Source of the DNA: Octopus sinensis | Taxonomy: Eukaryota | Length of the DNA: 64,000 nucleotides | Direction: 5' to 3' | Assembly: GCF_006345805.1 (NCBI RefSeq) | Contig: NC_042998.1 | Coordinates: 181,846,001-181,910,000, forward strand | Shown: piece by piece, positions 49,640 through 62,295 of the stretch | Layout of the letters: every line of letters begins with the position of its first letter | How positions within the stretch are numbered: position 1 is the stretch's first letter | Program-made: the position numbers and the translations under genes | The notes under the pieces: generated by a model | The model's database searches: none | What the model was told of the DNA's origin: nothing | Seen by the model: the letters and a program-made list of their open reading frames with translations, nothing else

Positions 49640-50720
49640 CTTTTTGGAATCAGGATGATCTTGGGCTTGAAAATCTGCCCTTCATTTGGTTCTTTAGTTG
49701 GAGCCAGTATAGCTCTTTCACATATCCAGTTTACATCAGTAAAATTGACAGATAAATTAGGAAGTACTTTATCCATAAGATCCCTAAGAGAAAGTATCAT
49801 TTGACTGCATGTAATTTCATGTAGCTGTAATCTTGAGTTGAGTGTAAATATCCCATTACCAATCTTAAGAAGCTCATATGATCACCTTGTAGAAATACTC
49901 TCATGTTGCTTGCAAGATGAAGTTTTTTCACATTTCTGCAATGATACGATTTTCGTAAGCATGCATTGACCTCATCAGCGTTTGACCCTTTGGGGATAAC
50001 TGGCAATGCTTGATGAAAATCTCCTGCAAGAACTGTTACTCTCCCCGTGAGCATGCTATTGTTTTTTATGTCTTGGAGTGTACAGTCAAGTACCTCATAG
50101 TGCACTCATCCCAAACAATGAGGCAAGTTTGTTGGAGAACTGTTGCCATTGCAGAGTTTTGGGAAATGTTGCACATCTGAGATTCTTTCATTGCAAGGTT
50201 CAGAGGTTCAGAGGGAGCTTGAATATAGAATGAGCAGTTCTTCTCCCATTGAGGAGGGTAGTTGCAATACCAGAAGATGCAACACTGGAAGAAGGTTAGA
50301 TTTTATTTCCTCTCATTTAGGATTGCAGGTGAAAGAAGTAACAAGATCTGGTTTTCCATATGTCTCGCCATATGTCATAGCATCTTGTATTCATTTGTGC
50401 ATATAACGAGGACCATCCGTGAATGATAATGGGAGGATTAAAAGTTGCCCCATGTTTTGAATATCACTATCTGTCCTCAGAGCATCTAAGAAATGAACAT
50501 AATTTTTAGCCCTTAACTTTTTTGATTGTTACAAATGTAGAGGAGACACTTATTCTCAACTTTAGCATACATATCAACCAGGTATTGCCGAAATAGATCA
50601 TGATACATGTGTAATTGATTTGATTGTTCTGGTCTTAACATCAGTTGGTAAGAATAGAAGTCATTCAATGACATCTTTCGTTTGTAATTGGCTCTCTTGT
50701 TGCAGGTTCAATCTGTGTAA
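49640..50720 (-). mobile_element. Helitron Rep/PIF1-helicase relic with a large internal deletion
   Basis: QYLVDMYAKVE, ILPLSFTDGPRYM..QDAMTY..GKPDL..FTCNP (Rep) fused to ASSGIATTLLNGRRTAHSIFKLP, LIVWDECTM and LAGDFHQALPVIP (helicase). Confidence 0.9.
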
Positions 50721-51432
50721 TGCAAATATGTAAACGAAAATAAAGTTTATTTTGGTAACTGAAAGATTACAGAATCTTTTGATACCCCATACATCAAAAT
50801 CGGCAACTAAGTTTTCAAATGCATAAGGAACATATGCACACACACACAAACTCTGCTTCATATTCTTTTATTCTTTTACTTGTTTCAGTCAAATGACTGA
50901 AACAAGTAAAAGAGCCCCACCTTTAGTTGAACAAATCAACCCCAGGACTTATTCTTTGTAAGCCTAGTACTTATTCTATCAGGCTCTTTTGCCAAACTGC
51001 TAAGTTATGGGGGATGTAAATATACCAGCATCGGTTGTTCAGTGATGTTGGGGTGGGGGACAAACACAGACACACAAACATATACATCATCATCATCATC
51101 GTTTAACGTCCACTTTCCATGCTGGCATGGGTTGGACGATTTGACTGGAGGCTGGTGAGCCAGATGGCTGCACCAGGCTCCAATCTGATCTGGCAGAATT
51201 TCTACAGCTGGATGCCCTTCCTAACGCCAACATATATAAATATATATACATATATAAATATATATACAACAGGCTTCTTTCAGTTTCCATCTACCAAATC
51301 CACTCACAATGCTTTCATTGGCCTGAGGCTAGAGTAGAAGACACTTACCCAATGTTCCATGCAGTGGGACTGAACCTGGAACTATGTCGTGGTAAGCAAG
51401 CTACTTACCACACAACCATTCCTGTATAAATT

Positions 51433-51465
<33 letters not shown>

Positions 51466-51466
<1 letters not shown>

Positions 51467-51900
51467 CTGTCAACATTAAGTTGACAGTATACAACCGCTC
51501 TATCGTTCCACCACCGCTTATATCTCTCTGAGATATTTAGAAATTTAATAGTTCTAATTTTGGTGATCAGTGAATAAACTGTCCGACAAACGGCAACACG
51601 AAACTCAGAGTAACAGGTTTTGTGGAATTTTCTGCTGCTTTAAATAAAGTATGTATATATATATATATATAGCGGTTGTATACTGTCAACTTAACATGAC
51701 AGTCCCATAGAGGGAATTACACCACTGCTATTAAGCTCTAGGAAGCATCAACGCTTCCTGTCGGCCTTCACACATTTCCTGTGACCTTATTTTTACAATG
51801 GGGAGACAAGCACCCCCAACAGCTAAGCCTGCATCCAGAGACATGACATATTTCTGAGTCTTGCTCGTCATCAGTCTGGAGTAGCATGGCCTGCTATATA
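51466..51900. mobile_element. Composite of two probable Penelope-like derivatives with hammerhead cores on opposite strands
   Basis: 34-bp inverted repeats at 51466-51499 / 51671-51703. Decayed hammerhead at 51576-51620 (+) and near-intact hammerhead at 51834-51880 (-). Embedded in (TA)n. Confidence 0.55.
51834..51880 (-). ncRNA. Candidate minimal type I hammerhead ribozyme
   Basis: Minus strand reads TCCAGA-CTGATGA-C-GAG-CAAGA-CTC-A-GAAA-TAT-GTC-AT-GTC-TCTGGA: 6-bp stem I, intact core, 4-bp stem III (one G-U), GUC cleavage triplet. Position 10.1-11.1 is a C-A mismatch. Confidence 0.55.
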
Positions 51901-52859
51901 TATATATATATATATATATACATGCAACAGGCTTCTTTCAGTTTCCATCTACCAAATCCACTCACAAGGCTTTGGTCAGCCTGAGGCTATAGCAGAAGGC
52001 GCCCAAGATGCCATGCAGTAGGACTGAACCTGGAACCATGTGGTTGGGAAGCAAGCTTCTTACCACACAGCCACTCCTGTGCCTGGTAAGATGAAACAGA
52101 AATGTTAACTGAATCATGAAAACTGTCTAATTCAGTAAAGGCTTAATATTTCTCCAAACCTTGTAATTCTATTAAACCTACTTGGTATATCTTACTGGTT
52201 TCAGTTGTTAGACTGTGGCCATACTTGAAGGATTTTAGTCAAACAAGTGAACCTCAGTACTTATTACTTTTTGTAAAGCCTAGTACTGATTCTGTTGATG
52301 GCTTTTTGCCAAACTGCTAAGTTGCGGGGATGTAAACACACCAACAGCAATTGTCAAATAGTAGTGGGGGACAAACACAGATGCAAAGATACACACACAC
52401 ACACGCACTGAAAGAAGCCTTTCATGTGTATGTATGTATGTATGTATGTAAGCATGTATGTATGTATGTATGTATATATATGTGTGTGTGTGTGTGTGTG
52501 TGCATATATATATGTACATATATATATGCATATGTGGCCGATGCCAGTGCCGCCTCGACTGGCTTCCGTGTCGATGGCACATAAAAAGCACCATCCGAAT
52601 CGTAGCCGAAGCCAGTGCCGCCTCGACTGGCTTTCATAAAATGCACCAATCCGACCGTGGCCGATGCCAGCCTCGCCTGGCACCAGTGCAGGTGGCACGT
52701 AAAAAGCACCCACTACACTCACGGAGTGGTTGGCGTTAGGAAGGGCATCCAGCTGTAGAAACGTTGCCAGATAAGACCGGAGCCTGGTGCAGCCTTCTGG
52801 CTTCCCAGATCCCGGTCGAACCGTCCAACCCATGCTAGCATGGAGAACGGACGTTAAAC

Positions 52860-52892
<33 letters not shown>

Positions 52893-53141
52893 ATTATACT
52901 ATTTTATATAGAGACTGTTAACATTAACAATACTCAGAAACAGGCTAGAATCGAAGTGCTCAAATTGAGCTAAGTTTCAATTTATAATTTGAATAGAGGC
53001 AATACGAACGGAAAACTAGAGGGAATATTCAGTATGTGTGTGTGTGTGTGTGTGCGTGCGCGTGTGTATGTGTTTGTGTGTGTGTGTGTGTTTGTGTGTG
53101 TGTGTATAAAACAAAATTATTTTATTCCACACAGGTAGAAA

Positions 53142-53864
53142 TATAGGAAAAATAGAAGTTGAAAATGCACTGAGAATACTTTCATACAAAAGTATAAACC
53201 CAGACTTAACAAACTTTAACAAAGTACATACACAAATAACTATTCATACACAAAAATCATTCTGCCACTTAACATGAGAAACCTACACAGCTAACAACCT
53301 AAACTTTAGCCACTGGAATACATACAAACAACTCCTGTCTACTCTCCCACCAAACAGATTAAATTTGGAGTGTCTCAATTGTAACTAAACATGTTCACTC
53401 AACTGTGTTGGTCTTCATTTTAGGCACAAAATATACACTAACAGCCGGACATAGTGGAAAACGTAGAAAAGGTTCTAGAGCATTGATTGTTTGGCACTAC
53501 CACTAGACTTGTTCAGTCAACCATGTCAGCCTTAACTTACAATGCTACAAACATTGTCACTGGATACTAACACACAGATGTAGTGGGGAAACTACAAAAA
53601 TTTCCAAGACTAGCCAAGTGACTATTCTCCAATAATCAAACCCTATTCAAGACATATACTAATTTGAGCCATGAACTCACTATAAAAATAGAGTACTCTT
53701 CAAACACTAGTCAGAAGCTAAACAACTATGACATAAGCCATGTCTTTCTATTTCAAATTTTTTGAAAATCAGTGTAAACTATGAAGCCAGTTAAATCTTT
53801 AAATATAATAATATAAAATATTTTAACTATTCTCAGTGCATTTTCAACTTCTATTTTCCCTATA
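53142..53864. mobile_element. Element bounded by 37-bp inverted repeats (Penelope-like inverted pLTR or MITE)
   Basis: 53142-53178 and 53828-53864 are reverse complements with 1 mismatch, flanked by (TG)n and (TA)n. A very decayed hammerhead-like string lies at 53762-53800. Confidence 0.5.
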
Positions 53865-54833
53865 TATATATATATATATTTGACAGGCTTCTTTCAATGC
53901 CCCAACCACCAACAAATCCACTAAGAAAGGTTACAGGAGAAGACACTTGCCCTGTGCAAAGTGCTATGCTGTAGAACTGAACCTGAAACCATGTGATTTG
54001 GAAGTCAACTTCTTTACTGCAAGCCAAGCCTATACCTGAAATCCCTGCTTGCCAGTGTAGCACAAATTTTCGAATCAGACATGAACTTGGTACTCAAGAT
54101 TTACAGACCTATCAATCCTAACAACTGAGCTAATTGTTTAGCAATTTAAATTATATAAAATCCTGCATTGTCATAATTGAGTGTAATTATTTCTAGGTAA
54201 TCTACTATGACATATCTCAAGCCACCTGACCAATAGAAACTATTATATTTCAATTAGGATACAAATTCTTGAAGAATGTTAATTAGTTTATCAATGTTTT
54301 ATGCATAATGACTTTAGCGGGTTTGAAGTTATCTCTTTGTTTTTAGTCTCACAGAGATTAAACACGTATGATTTACTATTACAAGTATAACCACTCCTAC
54401 CACTAGTACTACTGCTATGAGGATGCTGTATGACCAAATGGTTAACTTGTTTATTATTAATCATTTTTTTTGTAAAACACTGCCATTATGTCAATTTTTC
54501 AGACAGCGAGCTGGTTAAATCATTAGCATGCTGGACAAAATACCTAGCATTTTGTCTGCCTTTACATTCTGATTCAAATGTCACTGAGATTGACTTTGCC
54601 TTTCATCCTTTCAGGGCCAATGAAATAAGTACCAGTTGAGTATTGAGGTCAATGTAATCAACTAGCTCCCACCTGATAAAATATCAGGCCTTGTGCCTAT
54701 AGTAAAAAGGATTATGTCGATTAGGTTTGAAAATAATGAAGAGTTCAGTAAAATAGCATCATGATTAGCTGGTGTTTGGAATATAAACCACAATGAAATT
54801 TTGATTGAAGGTTTTAATTTAGATCACTTAAAT

Positions 54834-55718
54834 CAGGGGTTGCCAAACTTTTTCGACCACTGACCACCCTCTTTAGCCACTTCTCCTTCCACATCAACCT
54901 CCCTCTTCATTTAAAATATCTTAATACCCTACCCTACTGTACCATATCTTAAATGCATACTGAGTACTGATGATGGCAATTAAAATGTTAGCTAAAATAT
55001 ACATGTACGACAAATTAAGAAATTCTGTTGAAGAGGACACACATTTTATGTTTAAAACTATGTGTACAAGTATACAGTATTAAACTTTCAATTCTTATGA
55101 AATTGTTTTGATGGTTAGAAAATGTGAAAAGCACATTATATTACTGGAATATCTTTTATTGAAATTGACAACATCAATGTGAGGGATGAGCATGGGGATC
55201 CTGAATCTAGGCATTGATATCAGGCTTAATGTTGATCAGTTTCAGTTTCAAATCACTTCGTTCCTCCAGGTTCAGGCAATTCCTCTGTTTGCTGAGGATT
55301 GCGTTTGCAAAGCTGAAGCCAGTTTCCACCATGTAAGAGCTGAGAAATGCCAGAAGGAATAGCTCAGATGCTGCTTTAAGGTCTGGGTGCCTTTCAATTT
55401 GTTTTCTTATTGTACCAAAAGTCACTCAGACTTCTGATCTCAAAAAAGGCTTTTGCCACAATATCGACACTCACATCACACAGTTCACTGATAGAGAGAT
55501 AACCACAGCACAAAGGACAGTTTCCACCATGTAAGAGCTGAGAAATGCCAGAAGGAATGGCTCAGCTGCTGCTTTAAGGTGTGGGTGCCTTTCAATTTGT
55601 TTTCTTATTGTACCAAAAGTCACTCAGACTTCTGATCTCAAAAAAGGCTTTTGCCACAATATCGACACTCACATCAGACAGTTCGCTGATAGGGAGATAA
55701 CCACAGCACAAAGGACAG
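54834..55718 (-). mobile_element. hAT (Charlie/Buster-like) 3' end with dimerisation-domain relic and a 198-bp tandem duplication
   Basis: TIR CAGGGGTTGCCAAAC at 54834. FLLAFLSSYMVETGFS...QRNCL...RSDLKL..IKPDI. 55321-55518 is repeated at 55519-55718. Confidence 0.75.
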
Positions 55719-56523
55719 CATGGCATTCAAGTGATCAACATTCCTGCTTCACAAACCCAACACCTACAATGACTTACCAACAAAAACATTTATGAGATGT
55801 GTATCTAATATCTTATCTCCCTTAGCAGGCCTAGTCATTTCCATAAGCAAACACTTGACAGTCCACATCCCCTCAATCACGCCCCTCAATCTTCAATTAC
55901 AATACAAATTACATCAGGCCTCAAATGTTAGCAACACAAACTTCTCGCTGCAGTGAAAATTTATCATGCTTTCCCACATTTCATGGCACTAAGCATTTCA
56001 AGCAGTTCATCTGGGTGAGCTAGTCTTTTGGACACAACCCCCATTCAACCCCTTGGCTATCATTGATCCCTGTAATTCTTTGCCAACCCCTAGGGGGTTC
56101 CTTGGACCCCACCCCCTTTGGTGATAGTTTTGGGCAGATTGGTATCAAATGAGCTAAGACATTTACTGCACAACCATAAAGTTCCAGGTTAGATCCTACT
56201 TGATGGCATCTTGAGCAAGTTTCTTTTACTCTGGCTTCAGCTTGCCTCAAGCTTTGGGTAGAAGAAAATTGAGTGGAAGCCATTTGAATGGATTGAGCCT
56301 GTAATTTAAGGTCTGGCTTTGTCACGTGTCACATTGATCCGGCTTGAGTATTACCTTCAGAACATATGTGTCTGTAGAATGACCAACCACTTATCTGTTA
56401 ATTCAATGTGTATAAAGTACAGTTGGTTGAACAATCAAAATAATCAAAAATGATGAAGATCCATTTATTGGTGTTAGTTATACTAGTGCAGTGCAATAAC
56501 AAGAGTTAGAATGCTGGACTAAA

Positions 56524-56696
56524 TAGGCGCAGGAGTGGCTGTGTGGTAAGTAGCTTGCTAACCAACCACATGGTTCCGGGTTCAGTCCCACTGCGTGGCA
56601 TCTTGGGCAAGTGTCTTCTGCTATAGCCCCGGGCTGACCAATGCCTTGTGAGTGGATTTGGTAGACGGAAACTGAAAGAAGCCTGTCGTATATATG

Positions 56697-56729
<33 letters not shown>

Positions 56730-56940
56730 TTGTGTGTCTGTGTTTGTCCCCCTAGCATTGCTTGACAACCGATGCAGGTGTGTTTACGTCCCCGTCACTT
56801 AGCGGTTCGGCAAAAGAGACCAATAGAATAAGTACTGGGCTTACAAAGAATAAGTCCCGGGGTCGATTTGCTCGACTAAAGGCAGTGCTCCAGCATGGCC
56901 ACAGTCATATGACTGAAACAAGTAAAAGAGTAAAAGAGAG
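56524..56940 (+). mobile_element. Young SINE family A (left member of inverted pair)
   Basis: Full head to tail, near-identical to the reverse complement of 57185-57584. Confidence 0.92.
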
Positions 56941-57184
56941 GTGTTTACAAAATAAATCACTGAAGGGAAATTACTCAGCAACACCAACCATTAAGTTGTG
57001 TATATATATTTTAATACAGCGAGCATAGAAAATAGTTAAAAATGATTATTATGCATAAGCAGATAGTGTCACCATCATCATTTAGCATCCACTTTTCCAA
57101 GCTTGCATGGGTCAGCTGGAATTTAACGAAGTGGATCTTCTACAGTCAGATATCCTTCCTGTCATAATATTATTTAATGCTAAA

Positions 57185-57584
57185 CTCTTTACTCTTTTAC
57201 TTGTTTCAGTCATTTGACTGCGGCCATGCTGGAGCACCGCCTTTAGTCGAGCAAATCGATCCCGGGACTTATTCTTTGTAAGCCCAGTACTTATTCTATC
57301 GGTCTCTTTTGCCGAACCGCTAAGTGACGGGGACGTAAACACACCAGCATCGGTTGTCAAGCAATGCTAGGGGCACAAACACAGACACACACACCCATAT
57401 ATATATATATATACATATATACGACAGGCTTCTTTCAGTTTCCGTCTACCAAATCCACTCACAAGGCATTGGTTGGCCCGGGGCTATAGCAGAAGACACT
57501 TGCCCAAGATGCCACGCAGTGGGACTGAACCCGGAACCATGTGGTTGGTTAGCAAGCTACTTACCACACAGCCACTCCTGCGCC
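57185..57584 (-). mobile_element. Young SINE family A (right member of inverted pair)
   Basis: Full length, shares diagnostic variants with 56524-56940. Confidence 0.92.
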
Positions 57585-57729
57585 TTACACTACTGCTCAC
57601 TTACATTACTAAAGGTATTTTATTTAGCTTTGAAAGATTAGAGTATTAACATATCCTTATTATGTTCCTGTTTCCTTTTGATTATTTTATTAAATCTCTG
57701 TCACTGTATTTTATATTGCCAGTGAGATA

Positions 57730-58410
57730 AGCTAGAGATAGTACATAGCTTTCGTTATTTAGGTGACCAAGTCAGTAGTAGAAGTGGATGCTCCGAGAGC
57801 ATAGCTGTGAGAATAAGAATAGGCTGGGAAAAGTTCAGAGAGCTCTCACCTTTGCTGGCAACAAAGGGCCTCTCTCTCAGGGTGAAAGGCAGATTGTATG
57901 ATTCCTGTGTGCAAAATGCTATGCTATGCTACATGGCAGTGAAACATGGGCTATGACAGTCAAGGACAGCTGTGTAAAAAAGTGCCGATCTCTAACTGTG
58001 GAGGGAACTTGTGGTAGAGGTAGACCCAGGAAGACATGGGACAAAGTAGTGAAGCATGATCTTTGAACTTTGGGTCTCACAGAGGCAATGACTAGTGACT
58101 GAGACCTTTGGTGATATGCTGTGCTTGAGAAGACTTGTCAAGCCAGGTGATACAGAGACCTTTGGCATTATGTTGTACTTGAGAAGAATACCCATCAAGC
58201 CAAATAAAATCATAGTTGTGGCAGCTGTTGGTGTCATGCAAATGGCACCCATGCTGGTGGCACATAAAAGCACACATTACACTCTCAGAGTGGTTGCTGT
58301 TAGGAAGGGCATCCAGCTATAGAAACCATGCCAAATCAGCCTGACATCAGGTGCAGCCTTCCAGCTTGCCAGCCCTGGTCAAACTGTCCAATCCATGCCA
58401 ATATGGACAA
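57730..58410 (+). mobile_element. RTE LINE 3' end
   Basis: Decayed IARIRIGWEKFREL-PLLATKGLS, TCGRGRPRKTWDKVVKHDL and an RTE tail. Confidence 0.85.
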
Positions 58411-58413
58411 CAG

Positions 58414-58451
<38 letters not shown>

Positions 58452-59264
58452 ATCTTTCTTTTTACTTGTTTCAGTCACTGGACTGTGGCCATGTTGGGGT
58501 ACTGCCTTGAAGAGTTTTTAGTTGAATGAATCAACCCCAATCCATTTTTCTTTAAAACCTGGTACTTATTTTATTGGTCTCTTTTGCCAAACCATTAAGC
58601 TATGAGTATGTAAACACACCAGCACCGGTTGTCAAACAGTGGTCAGGGACAAATACACAACAACACCACCCCCACATATGATAGGCTTTTTCAGTTTCTG
58701 TCCACAAGAGCAATAGTATCATTATAGGTTTCCAATGAACTAATCAATGGTCCATTACATTTGGTGATGTCTGTACAACTCAGGATAAATATCAGAAAGT
58801 ATTTTTTGTTCAATGCACTGATTCATTGACAATTTGTTACTGATGTGTATATCAGTTATTGATATACACACATATGGATACAATAAGCTTCCACACAATT
58901 TTTGTCAACCAAATTCCACTCAAAAGGCATTGGTTAGTACAAGACTACGGTATGAGGTACTTTTCCATATCACTTTATACTGAGGCTGAGCCCAGAACAT
59001 CACAGTTGTAAAACAAATTTCTTAACCACACAGCTATGCTTTCACCTAGGTATTTACTTTATTGGCAATCAAGATGTCATACTAAACTTGATTCTCAAAA
59101 TAACTTACTTTATTCATTATATAAGGAGAGCACAGATGACCAAATTGATAGTGTACTGAACAACCAATCAAAAAGTAATTTGTATCTTGTCACAGCCATT
59201 GCCATGATACTTAGCATTTAACAGCAGAGTTTGCTTATCTCATAGTAAATACAGCAAAGTATTA

Positions 59265-60335
59265 TATTGGGTCACCACATAAATAATGCGGTTTTCTTTT
59301 ACTTCTTTTATTTTTCAAAATTAAGATAAACAAAGTTATTTTTAAATCTAAAATATACTCTCCTTCATTTTCTACAATGCTCTTCCATCTATCTGGTAGA
59401 CTTGCAACGCCCCTCTTCCAAAATTCACTACTCTGTGATGAAAAATACTTCTCCAGTACTGTTCTGACCTTGTCTACAGAATTCATATTTTTTCGGTCCA
59501 AATAACTTTGAAGACTGCAGTATAAATGATAATCAAATGGGGTAATGTCCAGCAAATATGATGGGTGGGGCATCATTTCCCATTCAAACTGCTCCAGCCT
59601 TTAGAATGTCATCCTTGCTGTATGTGGTTGAGCATTATCTTGATGGAAGAACACCTTTCATCTTGAAAGCAAAGATGGTTGTTTTTCTTCTAGTACTGAC
59701 TTAGGCCATTCAAGCTGCTCACAGTAGATCTCCTTTGTTATCATTTGATTTGGGTTTAAAGTTCAAAGTGGACTAAACCTTTCATATCCCATCAAACAAA
59801 TAACAACACCTTATGTGGTTGAAGACCTTCTTTAGCCTGGGGTGCCAGTGTTTCTCCTTTCCCTATCTACTGTCTTTGGCACTTGACATTTTTATAGAGA
59901 ACCCATTTCTTGTAACCAGTCTCTATTCAGTCCAAAAAAGGTTTATTTGTGAAACGTGACAGCAAAGAAGAGCATATATTCACTCTCTGTGTGCAATTAG
60001 ACTTGGAAAGTTTGTGACTTTCCGATGACACACAGGTGTTGATGAAAGGGTGAATGACCAAATCCAAGCTTCTCTGCTAGTTCCTCAACAGTTACAATGG
60101 GATTTTATTCCACCAGGTTTTTCAGGACATCCTTGTTGAGCACTACAGATCTTCCAGGACAAGGCTAATCTTCTAGGCTGTAGTTTCCAGCTCGAAATTT
60201 CTGGAACCATTGTTGACACTGGTTTACACTTATTGTCCAGTCCCCATATACTGCATATATTTCTTGAACTTTCTGTTGTTGCTTTATTGAACTCATAAAG
60301 CAAAATATGCCAGATATGCTCCTTAATGATAACTA
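59265..60335 (-). mobile_element. mariner (DD34D) relic, same family as 46915-47679
   Basis: TIR TATTGGGTCACCACATAAATAATGCGG, PHPSYLLDITPFDYHLYCSLQ..FWKRG..LPDRWKSIVENEGEY, N-terminal LLYEFNK. Confidence 0.9.
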
Positions 60336-60704
60336 AATTCTTTGTTATACTTAAAATTATTTGAAAGAAACACAGCAGCTCAACAGAAACATGGTAACAA
60401 AAGGGTTAAAAACCGGTCTATTTGATTGTATGGACTATTTAAAATAATTTATCTCTAATTTATTTTTTCTCTTGTAATGGATTGAATCTTGACATTAAAA
60501 GAAACAATGTTTATATGTAATAGAGGTGTGTGTGTGTGTGTGTGAACTTTCTGCAATTTATTATGTTAGGGTTGAAACTTTATTACTAAATAAATACAAG
60601 GAATATTGGTGTGACACAACTATCCTCCAGACTAACACTATATCAACACTGTAGTGATCCAACTCTAAACATGTTAAAGTTTATGCAAATAAAATATACA
60701 AATA

Positions 60705-61125
60705 CTAGCTGATTAGCACATTGTTACCAAGTCATTTTCACAATAAAATGCTTGTATTGCTATTATTTTTTTTCCATGTCAGACCATGTCTTTCCTGATG
60801 GGTAGGTCTCTTAATCAGGATATATTTCTGCATTATTTGGGGCAATTCATAATATCTCAATAAACAAAGTATTTTGTTTTTCCACTTGGTGCATAGACGT
60901 AAAGATTTTTCTTGATTCACACTTTTGAGCATCCATTGTAAAGGTGACCATGGGTGAAACAGGGCTCTTCAAGGTGTAAACCAGCAACCAAAAATGTTCG
61001 CCCTTGTGATTTGTTGATAGTCACGGTAAAACTAAGACTCACTGGAAATTGAAGTCATTTGAAATGAAATGGAACAATGTCTCCTGAGTATGTGTGACAG
61101 AGGCTTTTGTGCGCTTTCCATCTAA
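60705..61125 (-). mobile_element. Helitron helicase C-terminus and 3' end
   Basis: LQFPVSLSFTVTINKSQGRTF...HLEEPCFTHGHLY..CSKV..NLYVYAPSGKTK. Confidence 0.85.
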
Positions 61126-61166
61126 TCAAGTTTAGTGTTACAAAGGATCTTTGAAGGCGGACGCCC

Positions 61167-61555
61167 TTGAACAGCAGTTTTTAAAAATAATTTCCACGTA
61201 ACTAAACACTTTTAAACTTCATATACTGGTAGAATGTGTTTATAAAACATCTTTTTCTCTTGGCTTTATTGAGAAAATTCTATAGTTTGTAAGATATTTG
61301 TTGTTTTTTTTTCTTCAATTTCTGCAATTTCAACCAATCAATGACGTCTATTGAGCTGAAAACATTCTGTGCCGTATGAATATGTCCCTCATTTAAGAAA
61401 CATATTGGGTTTATTTACATTTCTGAAGAAAAAAAGATACCCTCCTCCCCCCACCCCTAACCCTAAAACAGATTGAAATGCAATAGATCGATACTAGGGT
61501 CATAATTATGGGTGACAATTTCATATGACACCGCTAGAAAAAAACTGCCGTTCAA
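61167..61555. mobile_element. MITE with 16-bp TIRs
   Basis: TTGAACAGCAGTTTTT / AAAAACTGCCGTTCAA (1 mismatch). Internal CCCTAACCCTAA motif. Confidence 0.75.
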
Positions 61556-61879
61556 ACTGAAAATATCCGTTACAAATCTAAACACTAAACAATATATAGG
61601 TTTGCAATATTAAACCAAGTTAAGGCAGTGAACTGGCAGAACTATTGGTAAACCAGGTAAAATGCTTAACGGCATTTTGTTTGCCTTTATGTTTTAAGTT
61701 CAAATTTTACCAAGGTCGACTTTGCCTCTCAGCTTTTTGGAGTTGATGAAATAAATACCAGTCAAGTACTGGGGTCAACATAAACAACATGCCCCACCCC
61801 ACTGAACTTGCTGGCCTTGTGCCAAAATTTGAAACGAATATTAAACCAAGTTTAGTATTGCAAATCTGTATTTAGTCTT

Positions 61880-62079
61880 TTACTTATTTCAATCATGTGA
61901 CTGTGGCCATTCTGGAGCACCGCCTTTAGTCGAGCAAATCGACCCCAGGACTTATTCTTTGTAAGCCTAGTACTTATTCTATCGGTCTTTTCTGCCAAAC
62001 CACTAAGTTACGGGGACATAAACACACCAGCATCAGTTGTCAAGCGATGTTGGGGGGACAAACACAGACACTCAAACAT

Positions 62080-62130
<51 letters not shown>

Positions 62131-62295
62131 TACATACATACATATATACGACGAGCTTCTTTCAGTTACCGTCTACCAAATTCACTCACAAGGCTTTGGT
62201 CGGCCCAAGACACTTGCCCAAGGTGCCACACAGTGGGACTGAAGCTGGAACCATGTGGTTGGTAAGCAAGCTACTTACCACACAGCCACTCCTAT
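61880..62295 (-). mobile_element. SINE family A
   Basis: Near full-length reverse copy with a small internal deletion. Confidence 0.85.

Noticed and set aside
61456-61467. Telomeric CCCTAACCCTAA
   Set aside because: Only two units, internal to a MITE, not an interstitial telomere array.
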